Below are positions 52,601 through 62,296 of a DNA stretch of 64,000 nucleotides, in pieces (position 1 is the first letter of the stretch; every line of letters starts with the position of its first letter). The position numbers and the translations under genes are program-made. The notes below the pieces were generated by a model. That model made no database searches, was not told the origin of the DNA, and saw only the letters and a program-made list of their open reading frames with translations. Origin of the DNA: Eledone cirrhosa (taxonomy: Eukaryota); contig OZ024760.1 in assembly GCA_964016885.1 (NCBI GenBank), positions 11,966,001 to 12,030,000 on the forward strand, read 5' to 3'.

Positions 52601-55600
52601 TATACTTTCAGTTCAATATACAGGGTGGCCACAAAAACATTCCTTGATTTCAAATACTTATAATATGAAAACTTAAATGAATATTCTTACAATATTGGTG
52701 GCTACAGTTGCATAAACGTACAAAGTTTCATGTTTGATATTATAGACACACAATGTGGGCCCTTTCTGTTGCTCGGCAAACACCAATGTGATAATGAAGC
52801 TCGGAGTGTTTTTGTGTCGGACTGTATACAGTTGATGCAGAAAATATGTTTTATATTTTCAGTGAACAAGGTGTACAAGATATTGTGGCCTCAAAAATAT
52901 ATTATGTCTGTTTTATACTTTCAGTCCAATATATGAAATAGAGGCTGAACATAAGCAGCTATTGTTGGATGCTGAGTTAAATTTAATAGAAGTAGCCAAG
53001 AATTGGTTGGTTGACATCTGTATTTTCGATGATCATTATAAAACAGCCCAAGTATTAAAGGTTCGTTGTGTGTTTTAATCCTTTTAACTTCAACATTTTA
53101 ACCAGTAAACTACATCCCTTCACAATAATTGTAACGAAAGAAGAGTTAAATAATTATTAAATATATCATCATCATCATCATTGTTGTCACTGTTTAACTT
53201 CTATTTTTCCATGCTAGCATGGGTTAGATGAGTTGCCCTTTTGCGAGACAAGCCAGGTCAGATTATGATGATATATATATATATATATATCATCATCATC
53301 ATCACCATCACTGTTTAACGTCCATTTTTCCATGCTAACATCGGTTAGACAAGTTGCAGATTATGATGATATATATATATATAGTAATAATTTATGTGAA
53401 GACTAAAATCCGAAGGAGGCTCGATAAAGATTATATATATATATATATAACAAAAAATCCAAACCCATGCAAGCTTGGAAGATGGACGTTAAACGATGAT
53501 GATGATGATGATGATAAAAACCCGTAGAGCAAATATTTATTATAAGAACAGATTAAAGTTTAAGCACTTTACAGTGTGGCCTGAGGATTTTTTGTTGTGA
53601 CACCTCCACGACCACTTTACAGTGTGGACTGAGGGATTTTGTTGTGACACCTCCACAACCATTTTACAGTGTGGACTGAGGGCTTTTGTTGTGACACCTC
53701 CACAACCATTTTACAGTGTGGCCTGAGGGCTTTTTGTTGTGACACCTCCACGACCACTTTACAGTGTGGACTGAGGGCTTTTGTTGTGACACCTCCACAA
53801 CCATTTTACAGTGTGGCCTGAGGGCTTTTTGTTGTGACACCTCCATGACCACTTTACAGTGTGGCCTGAGGGCTTTTGTTGTGACACCTCCACGACCACT
53901 TTACAGTGTGGCCTGAGGGCTTTTTGTTGTGACCCACCTCCACGACCACTTTACAGTGTGGCCTGAGGGCTTTTGTTGTGACACCTCCACAACCATTTTA
54001 CAGTGTGGCCTGAGGGCTTTTTGTTGTGACACCTCCACGACCACTTTACAGTGTGGACTGAGGGCTTTTTGTTGTGACCCACCTCTATGACGACTTTACA
54101 GTGTGGACTGAGGGCTTTTGTTGTGACACCTCCATGACCACTTTACAGTGTAGCCTGAGGGCTTTTTGTTGTGACCCACCTCCGTGACCACTTTACAGTG
54201 TGGACTGAGGGCTTTTGTCGTGTCACCTCCACGACCACTTTACAGTGTGGCCTGAGGGCTTTTTGTTGTGTCACCTCCACGACCACTTTACAGTGTGGAC
54301 TGAGGGCTTTTGTCGTGTCACCTCCACGACCACTTTACAGTGTGGCCTGAGGGCTTTTTGTTGTGACACCTCCACGACCACTTTACAGTGTGGACTGAGG
54401 GCTTTTTGTTGTGACCCACCTCTATGACGACTTTACAGTGTGGACTGAGGGCTTTTGTTGTGACACCTCCATGACCACTTTACAGTGTAGCCTGAGGGCT
54501 TTTTGTTGTGACCCACCTCCGTGACCACTTTACAGTGTGGACTGAGGGCTTTTGTCGTGTCACCTCCACGACCACTTTACAGTGTGGCCTGAGGGCTTTT
54601 TGTTGTGTCACCTCCACGACCACTTTACAGTGTGGACTGAGGGCTTTTGTCGTGTCACCTCCACGACCACTTTACAGTGTGGCCTGAGGGCTTTTTGTTG
54701 TGTCACATCTGATAAAAATCATTATTTTATTTTGCAGCCAGGAATGTTTATAAAATTTTACAATCTCCATTGCGCGGTGCACAAAATTACAGAGGATTCT
54801 TCGAGAAACCCACAATATGTTGACCAGCTGGAACTGGTTCTCCACCGAGGAACCTCGTATGGACGAGGTATTAAGATTCTTTCAGAAACAGATGAGGAAG
54901 TAGAAGGCATTAAAAAAAAACTTGAGAGGTTAGCCAAAAAGGAGAGAAATGCAGCTGCAGCTACTGCTGCATCTGCAGCTGCCACCACCACATCTGCAGC
55001 TACCGCCTCCACATCTGCAGCTACCGTCACCACATCTGCAGCTACCGCCACCACATCTAGAGCTGCCACATCTGCAGCTACCGCCTCCACACCTAAAGCT
55101 GCCACCACCACATCTGTAGCTACCGCCACCACATCTGCAGCTACCGCCACCACATCTAGAGCTACCGCCGCCACATCTGCAGCTACTGCCACCACATCTG
55201 TAGCTACCGCCACCACATCTAGAGCTACCGCCACCACATCTAGAGCTACCGCCACCACATCTAGAGCTACCGCCACCACATCTAGAGCTACTGCAGCTAC
55301 TGCCACCACATCTAGAGCTACCACCACATCTAGAGCTACCGCCACATCTGCAGCTACCGCCACCACATCTAGAGCTACCACCACATCTGTAGCTACCGCC
55401 ACCACATTTAGAGCTACCGCCTCCACACCTAAAGCCACCACATCTGCAGCTACCGCCTCCACACCTAAAGCAGCCACCACCACATCTGTAGCTACCGCCA
55501 CCACATCTAGAGCTACCGCCACCACATCTAGAGCTACCGCGACCACATCTAGAGCTACCGCCACCACATCTAGAGCTACCGCCACCACATCTAGAGCTAC

Positions 55601-58600
55601 CGCCACATCTGCAGCTACCGCCACCACATCTAGAGCTACCACCACCACATCTAGAGCTACCACCACATCTGTAGCTACCGCCACCACATTTAGAGCTACC
55701 GCCTCCACACCTAAAGCCACCACATCTGCAGCTACCGCCACCACATCTAGAGCTATCTACGCCACATCTGTAGCTGCTGCCTCCACACCTAGAGCTGCCA
55801 CCACATCTGCAGCTACCGCCACCACATCTAGAGCTACTGCCACCACATCTGCAGCTACTGCCACCACATCTAGAGCTACCGCCACATCTGCAGCTACCTC
55901 CGCCACATCTAGAGCTACCACCACATCTGTAGCTACCGCCTCCACATCTAGAGCTACCACCACATCTGCAGCTACCGCCACCACATCTAGAGCTATCTAC
56001 GCCACATCTGTAGCTGCTGCCTCCACACCTAGAGCTGCCACCACCACATCTGCAGCTACCGCCACCACATCTAGAGCTATCTACGCCACATCTGCAGCTG
56101 CTGCCTCCACACCTAGAGCCTCCACATCTAGAGCTACCTCAGCCACATCTGCAGCTACCACCACCACATCTGCAGCTACCGCCTCCACATCTGCAGCTAC
56201 CGCCTCCACATCTAGAGCTACTTCCGCCACATCTAGAACCACCGCCACATCTACAGATGCCACCACACCTGCAGCCACTGCATCTGCAAATTCAGATTCT
56301 TCACCAAATTTCACTCGGAATGGTGTTGCTGTTACAGGTACAACTTTCTTCCCTTAACGCTCTCAAGGGCGATGACACACGACCGTGACCTCTGGTGTCA
56401 CGCAGTAATACAGAGTACCCGACCTCCCATGGGTACAAGCTGAAGCATATAGACAATATGCCCCCACACCCCCCACTGTAAAGTGGACGTGGAGGTGCCA
56501 CGGAAAAAAAGCACCCAGCACTCACTGTAAATGAGGTTGGTGTTAGGAAGGGCATCCAGCTGTAGAAATCCAGCCAGAATCAGTTCCCATATGAGCAAGA
56601 CATGGTCAGCCGACCAGGCACTGCCCACAACAGGACAACCCGTCTAACCCATGCTAGCGTGGAAGAACGGACGTAAAACGGTGATGATGATGATGATAAT
56701 GTTTGAGTTGTATGATGGTGATGCTGACAGCAGTGTGTGTCATCATCATCACTGGTTTACGTCCGTCCTTCCACGCTAGCATGGGTTAGACAGGTTGTCC
56801 TGTTGTGGGCAGTGTCCAGTCGGCTGTCCTTGTCTTGCTCATACGGGAACTGATTCTGGCTTGATTTCTACAGCTGGATGCCCTTCCTAACACCAACCTC
56901 ATTTACAGTGAGTGCTGGGTGCTTTTTGCTGTGGTGCCTACACGTCCACTTTATAGTGTGGGCTGGCTGCTTTTTTGCAGTGGGAGAGGGTGGTGGCATA
57001 TTGTCTATATGCTTCAGCTTCGGCTTGTACTCATGGGAAGTCGGGTACTCTGTATTACTGCGTGACACCAGAGGTCACGGTCGTGTGTCATCGCCCTTGA
57101 GAGGTGCAATTGCGTGTATATATATATATCAGAGTTTTGTAGCTTGTTTGAAGCATTGTTGAATAGGAAACACAAATTTGAATAATTTTGAAAACCAAAC
57201 AATGCGTTAGAAAGAAAATTAAATCGCTAAGATAAGAAAAAAATCTTAACAAATTTAATGATCAGAAATATTTTCGGTTTTAAAAACCTGTTATCAAGGG
57301 AGAGACCCTGAGAGACTTAAAAGATCGATTGGAGTTGACTTGCTTGTTTGGAGAGCAGATTTAATTTTCTTTCTAACGCATTGTTTGGTTTTCAAAATTA
57401 TTTAAATATATATATATAATAGAAATAGTGGGCTTTAGAACCCTCTAAGAAATGGAAAAAGATGAGTATTGACATAGAGGGGAGTTGAACCCACATCTTT
57501 GGTTATCCCGACCACTGTACTACCATTACATCAACATATCTAAATTCCGAGAAGTTGCGGCTCTACCTGGAGTGACTCTGATCTCCGAGCTACGCACTCT
57601 ATCAAATAACGTTACTCCAAAGACCCTCGGAGAAACCCTATTTCAGCTGATCCTATTTGCGATCATATTCTTTTGGTCATTACCCGAGATTCACAACCAT
57701 AGGTAAGGGTTGGACTCTCTATTATGAACACCTTTTCCAGCACAGAGACATCCATAAATATGATGATTAGTTCTCTATATTTTATATCACAGGTGTGAAT
57801 ATAAAGACAGAAGTGGAGTGCCACGCCGATTATCAAATACATTTAGGAAACAATACCACTGAATCAGTTTTATCTGCTGCCACAGGTAATTATTTTAACG
57901 AATTTTGTGTGATCTGTGAATAAAAAAAGTTAAATACTTATTATTTTGAAGAGTTATAAATGGATGTTATCTTACCATCTTGTTCAGGGTCTGCTCCTGG
58001 GTCTCCTGCGGGTTGGTTTTGCCCGTAAAATCTGTCCAGCGATTCTTTCCTGAGACATTCTAACCACATGCCTGTAGTATCGGAGCTGTGATCTCTCGAA
58101 TCTGTCCAGCGATTCTTTCCTGAGACATTCTAACCACATGCCTGTAGTATCGGAGCTGTGATCTCTCGAATCTGTCCTGTGTTCTTTCCTGAGGCATTCT
58201 AAGGACAATTGCAATTATGAAATTTCTTAAATTGAATTGTTTTCTCTGTAATTCCAGTTATTAGAGGCCACCAGTCTATCAGTCGGTCCCAGTTGTCTGA
58301 TATTATTAACTCCAGTGTTCCAAAGAAGTTCCGTCTTTCAGCCAGAGTTCTCAACTATTGTCCAAAACTTAGCAGCGTCTCAGATTTTTTGAGTCTGTAT
58401 TGTCCCAAGTGTAATTATTTGTAAGTATTTACTTTATAATTACCTACTTATAGTTCTAATACCGAAATATCAATTGGTTTTGTGGTTAAGGTGCTGGGCT
58501 TACGATCATAATGTCGTGGGTTTGAATCCTAGGTGGCATGTTGTCTATATATTTCTATAAATAACCAGTCGTCAATATATCTCTACAAACACTGTCTATA

Positions 58601-61600
58601 TATCTCTACAAACATTATCACTGCTGTCTATATATCTCTACAAACATTATCACTGCTGTCTATATATCTCTACAAACATTATCACTGTCTATATATCTCT
58701 ACAAACATTAACACTGTCATCAATATATCTCTACAAACATTATCACTGCTGTCTATATATCTCTACAAACATTATCACTACTGTCTATATATCTCTACAA
58801 ACATTATCACTGCTGTCTCTATATCTCTACAAACATTATCACTACTGTCTATATATCTCTACAAACATTATCACTGTCGTCAATATATCTCTACAAACAT
58901 TATCACTGCTGTCTATATATCTCTACAAACATTATCACTGCTGTCTATATATCTCTACAAACATTATCACTACTGTCTATATATCTCTACAAACATTATC
59001 ACTGTCTATATATCTCTACAAACATTATCACTGTCTATATATCTCTACAAACATTATCACTGTCTATATATCTCTACAAACATTATCACTGTCTATATAT
59101 ATCTACAAATATTATCACTGCTGTCTATATATCTCTACAAACATTATCACTGTCTATATATCTCTACAAACATTATCACTGTTGTCTTTAGAACAGCAAT
59201 AAACAACTATAAAGTAGACCAGTCGTCTTTTGTTATTAAAGATTGTGTTGAATGTTACCGGTGTCCCTATTGTGCTACAAATAACAACTCTGGTGGTAAG
59301 TTATCACACATTATTAAACCTTTCGTTAACTATATTGCTAATGAATTACATGCACTACATTTTATTTAGCTCTTTACTATTTACATTACTCTATATATAC
59401 TATTGTATTTTCACAGTAAAGGCTTTACCTCATATAATATCTCACATAACATTTACATTTCTCTATATATACTATTGTATTGTCACAGTAAAGGCTTTAC
59501 CTCACATAATATCTCACATAACATTTACATTTCTCTATATATACTATTGTATTATCACAGTAAAGGCTTTACCTCATATAATATCTCACATAACATTTAC
59601 ATTACTCTATATATACTATTGTATTATCACAGTAAAGGCTTTACCTCATATAATATCTCACATAACATTTACATTACTCTATATATACTATTGTATTGTC
59701 ACAGTAAAGGCTTTACCTCACATAATATCTCACATAACATTTACATTACTCTATATATACTATTGTATTTTCACAGTAAAGGCTTTACCTCACATAATAT
59801 CTCACATAACATTTACATTACTCTATATATACTATTGTATTGTCACAGTAAAGGCTTTACCTTACATAATATCTCACATAACATTGACATTACTCTAGAT
59901 TTACTATTGTATTTTCACAGTAAAGGCTTTACCTCACATAATATCTCACATAACATTTATATTACTCTATATATACTATTGTATTGTCACAGTAAAGGCT
60001 TTACCTCACATAATATCTCACATAACATTTACATTACTCTATATATACTATTGTATTGTCACAGTAAAGGCTTTACCTCACATAATATCTCACATAACAT
60101 TGACATTACTCTAGATTTACTATTGTATTGTCACAGTAAAGGCTTTACCTCACATAATATCTCACATAACATTTACATTACTCTATATATACTATTGTAT
60201 TGTCACAGTAAAGGCTTTACCTCACATAATATCTCACATAACATTTACATTACTCTATATATACTATTGTATTGTCACAGTAAAGGCTTTATCTCACATA
60301 ACATTTACATTACTCTATATATACTATTGTATTGTCACAGTAAAGGCTTTACCTCACATAACATTTACATTACTCTATATATACTATTGTATTGTCACAG
60401 TAAAGGCTTTACCTCACATAATATCTCACATAACATTTACATTACTCTATATATACTATTGTATTGTCACAGTAAAGGCTTTACCTCACATAATATCTCA
60501 CATAACATTTACATTACTCTATATATACTATTGTATTGTCACAGTAAAGGCTTTACCTCACATAATATCTCACATAACATTTACATTACTCTATATATAC
60601 TATTGTATTGTCACAGTAAAGGCTTTACCTCACATAACATTTACATTACTCTATATATACTATTGTATTGTCACAGTAAAGGCTTTACCTCACATAATAT
60701 CTCACATAACATTTACATTACTCTATATATACTATTGTATTGTCACAGTAAAGGCTTTACCTCACATAATACCTCACATAACATTTACATTACTCTATAT
60801 ATACTATTGTATTTTCACAGTAAAGGCTTTACCTCACATAATACCTCACATAACATTTACATTACTCTATATATACTATTGTATTTTCACAGTAAAGGCT
60901 TTACCTCACATAATACCTCACATAACATCTACATTACTCTATATATACTATTGTATTTCACAGTAAAGGCTTTATCTTACATAATATCAAATCTATGAGA
61001 TTTTGATATTTATTTTGAGAACAATACCTTAACATCAGTATGAGTGGCCAGTTATATATATGTGTGTGTGTTCATATATATAGTAATATATGATAATGAT
61101 GATGATATATGTGCCTCAACGAAACCTCACAGAATATTTGTAAAAGCCTACATTGTTTTTATTTTACAGATTTTCAAGTTCTAGAATATACCTTCCTGTT
61201 GAAGTTTATACTAACTGATGGTTTACATTACATCATTGCCAACCTTTGGAGAGCTGAAGCTGTGAGTTGACTTTAGACTTTTATACTTAGATCATCTCTC
61301 TACATTGTCTTCTTGTTCAGGGAGTTAATCTACGGGGTGGGTGGCAGGCAGATGAGATATAGAAGAGATTGCGAGGAGAGCAGGGCAAAGGGCAGAGAGT
61401 CAATCCATGATGTGGGTGACAGGCTGATGAGATATAGAAGAGATTGAGAGGGTAGCAGAAAGTTAATCCATGTGATGGGTGACAGGCCAATGAAATATAG
61501 AAGGGATTGAGAGGGGAGCATCATCATCATCATCATCATCATCACCACTTTACATCTGCTTTTCCCTGCTTGCAAGGCTGGGACGGGTCCTCTTCAGCAC

Positions 61601-62296
61601 AGCATCTCTCCATTTGTCACGGTCCTTCATCATTTCCTCTTTAAGCTTCCACCCAGGGCAAGGAAAAGCATTTAGGCGCACATAAGTGACTGGAAGAAGG
61701 AAATAAAGAATGGGCTTCTTCTTTGCCCATTTAATCCTGAGAGGGTTGTAGGGGCAGAGTCCTCAAAGACTCCTTCCAGAAGGTCCTGTCAGAAGCAATT
61801 ATCTCCAACTGATCCGCCTCTACATTGTCAAATAGGATTAAATTATTATTATTATATCATTTGGCGATGGTTTGGCAGAATTGGTAGAACGTCGGACACC
61901 ATGCTTTGTGGCATGTGTTTACAGCCCTTTATGTTCTGAGTTCAAATCACACTGAGGTCAGCTTTGCCTTTCATCCTTACAGGGTCTATAAAATAAAGTT
62001 TATAACGAAATATTTTAAATATTTTAGTCTCCAGTTTATAACGAAATATTTTAAAGATTTTCTGTTTATAATAAAATATTTTAAAATTACAGGTGAAATT
62101 CTTCAACAACATAACTCCACTGGAATTTATAAAGAGTACAGCAAACATGGAAAGGGTTCAACAATGCCTGAACAAAATCCACATCTGTAATGGAGACAAC
62201 CATCACTTGCCTGTAATAGAATGTTGCATCAAGTCTTATAATGGACGTAACTCAGTCTGTTATCAGATGTTCGATACAGTTGTTAACCTGCAGTAG
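46569..62296 (+). CDS. POT1: Protection of telomeres 1 (OB-fold telomeric ssDNA-binding shelterin subunit), whole spliced CDS, 13 coding exons, ~1004 aa including a long Ala/Thr/Ser repeat
   Basis: OB1 (VDVYGIVKFYK..RGTDY; IRFHRLRV), OB2 (YFDFICQ, AWDGT, IFDDH, LHRGTSYGRGI), OB3 (KFRLSARVLNYCP, CPKC, FILTDG, IECCIKSY..CYQMFDT); all junctions GT-AG in phase (3015 nt). Confidence 0.93.
46790..47245 (-). mobile_element. RTE LINE 3' fragment; same family at ~8535-8690, 38415-38665, 45440-45830, 52125-52490, 57545-57712, 57960-58200
   Basis: PSLTYGRESWVMTKRIQSRKQASERKILQRVFGVTLLDKMCSSEIRESLQVE...ERSQL, frameshifted. Confidence 0.85.
47735..47840 (-). mobile_element. CORE-type tRNA-derived SINE fragment
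   Basis: tRNA-like head TGGTTCAGTGGTAAG...GGTTCGAGTCC followed by CORE-like TGTGTTCTTGAGCAAAACACTTCATTTCAC. Confidence 0.65.
48040..48163 (+). CDS. POT1: POT1 exon (RKRIPDNCLRYPPLITLKPDSIVDVYGIVKFYKLAIKTRGT)
   Basis: TTTTGTAG/GTAAGT; OB1 start. Confidence 0.92.
48527..48634. repeat. Perfect inverted repeat, 53-bp arms, 2-nt loop
   Basis: 48527-48579 is the exact reverse complement of 48582-48634; the arm is related to the element end at 37905-38005. Confidence 0.95.
49245..49384 (+). CDS. POT1: POT1 exon (DYLKIVTIVD...KLKCLIF...IRFHRLR)
   Basis: TTCCAG/GTAAAT; OB1. Confidence 0.93.
49834..49974 (+). CDS. POT1: POT1 exon (VNLHNDELQGVSGHGFSWLVVDG...FTFTDADRRK)
   Basis: TTCTCCAG/GTGAGT; OB1 C-terminal part. 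Confidence 0.93.
50620..50730 (+). CDS. POT1: POT1 exon (IAEMLW...GIYFDFICQ)
   Basis: TCTGTAG/GTAAGT; YFDxxCQ marks the OB2 start. Confidence 0.92.
50900..51210 (-). mobile_element. RTE-clade LINE 3' fragment (second family)
   Basis: RRLGWFGHALRLPPERLANQVLKWSPQGSRRRRRPKINW...AADRTRW. Confidence 0.88.
51500..51835. repeat. ~48-bp module amplified ~7x inside a SINE copy
   Basis: ACCACTTTACAGTGTGGACTGG..TTTTTGTCGTGACACCTAC units following GGATGCCCTTCCTAA. Confidence 0.85.
52000..52073 (+). CDS. POT1: POT1 exon (VVAVASVEENICFLVQAWDGTKSS)
   Basis: TTTTAG/GTAAGT; WDGT motif. Confidence 0.92.
52621..52824. mobile_element. Tc1/mariner-type MITE with TA target duplication
   Basis: TA|CAGGGTGGCCACAAAAACATTCC ... 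GGAGTGTTTTTGTGTCGGACTG|TA imperfect TIRs. Confidence 0.7.
52925..53060 (+). CDS. POT1: POT1 exon (PIYEIEAE...WLVDICIFDDHYKTAQVLK)
   Basis: CTTTCAG/GTTCGT; VDIxxFDDH motif. Confidence 0.92.
53565..54706. repeat. 47-50-bp minisatellite (~24 copies) from the SINE internal module
   Basis: GACCACTTTACAGTGTGGMCTGAGGGCTTTTGTTGTGACACCTCCAC; ends ~30 bp before the POT1 acceptor. Confidence 0.95.
54738..56337 (+). CDS. POT1: POT1 long exon: OB2 end (PGMFIKFYNLH...LHRGTSYGRGIKIL) followed by ~445-aa Ala/Thr/Ser/Arg repeat
   Basis: TTTGCAG acceptor; 1600-nt open frame; CAG|GTACAA donor supplies the phase 1 needed by the downstream exons. Confidence 0.8.
54951..56288 (+). repeat. Coding minisatellite (~21-bp core, A-T-A-T-T-S-R/A/V) in the POT1 exon
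   Basis: GCTACCGCCACCACATCT(AGA/GCA/GTA) units with only 3n indels. Confidence 0.95.
56360..57103. mobile_element. Two tail-to-tail inverted copies of the composite RTE/SINE element (56360-56697 +, ~56740-57103 -)
   Basis: CTCTCAAGGGCGATGACACACGACCGTGACC... and its reverse complement ending at 57103. Confidence 0.88.
57793..57885 (+). CDS. POT1: POT1 exon (GVNIKTEVECHADYQIHLGNNTTESVLSAAT)
   Basis: TCACAG/GTAATT; phase 1-1; ends in SAAT just before the OB3 start. Confidence 0.8.
58258..58420 (+). CDS. POT1: POT1 exon (VIRGHQSISRSQL...KFRLSARVLNYCP...LYCPKCNY)
   Basis: TTCCAG/GTAAGT; OB3 start with first CxxC. Confidence 0.93.
58575..59182. repeat. 29/32-bp minisatellite (~20 copies) running into the POT1 acceptor
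   Basis: CTGTCTATATATCTCTACAAACATTATCA(CTG). Confidence 0.93.
59192..59295 (+). CDS. POT1: POT1 exon (TAINNYKVDQSSFVIKDCVECYRCPYCATNNNSG)
   Basis: CTTTAG/GTAAGT; phase 2-1 links the flanking exons; second CxxC. Confidence 0.85.
59375..60985. repeat. 72-bp minisatellite (~23 copies, some 60 bp) expanded inside a TTAA-MITE
   Basis: ACATTACTCTATATATACTATTGTATTGTCACAGTAAAGGCTTTACCTCACATAATATCTCACATAACATTT; continues into the MITE core at 60985-61052. Confidence 0.95.
61170..61261 (+). CDS. POT1: POT1 exon (DFQVLEYTFLLKFILTDGLHYIIANLWRAEA)
   Basis: TTTTACAG/GTGAGT; LxYxFxxxFxLxDG OB3 motif. Confidence 0.92.
62093..62296 (+). CDS. POT1: POT1 terminal exon (VKFFNNITP...IECCIKSYNGRNSVCYQMFDTVVNLQ*)
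   Basis: TTACAG acceptor; ECxIKSY...CYQxFDT is the conserved POT1 C-terminus. Confidence 0.94.
   Translation: MKFFNNITPLEFIKSTANMERVQQCLNKIHICNGDNHHLPVIECCIKSYNGRNSVCYQMFDTVVNLQ

Noticed and set aside
54951-56288. Antifreeze glycoprotein or mucin gene
   Set aside because: The Ala/Thr composition is similar, but there is no signal peptide, it is not a strict Thr-Ala-Ala triplet, and it is contiguous with POT1 OB2
54758-56314. Antisense Val/Ala/Asp-rich ORFs
   Set aside because: Mirror frame of the POT1 coding repeat, broken by TAG stops; no independent splice or start evidence
59230-60998. 531-aa and 222-aa repetitive ORFs
   Set aside because: 72-bp MITE-derived intronic satellite; frames are open because the unit length is 3n
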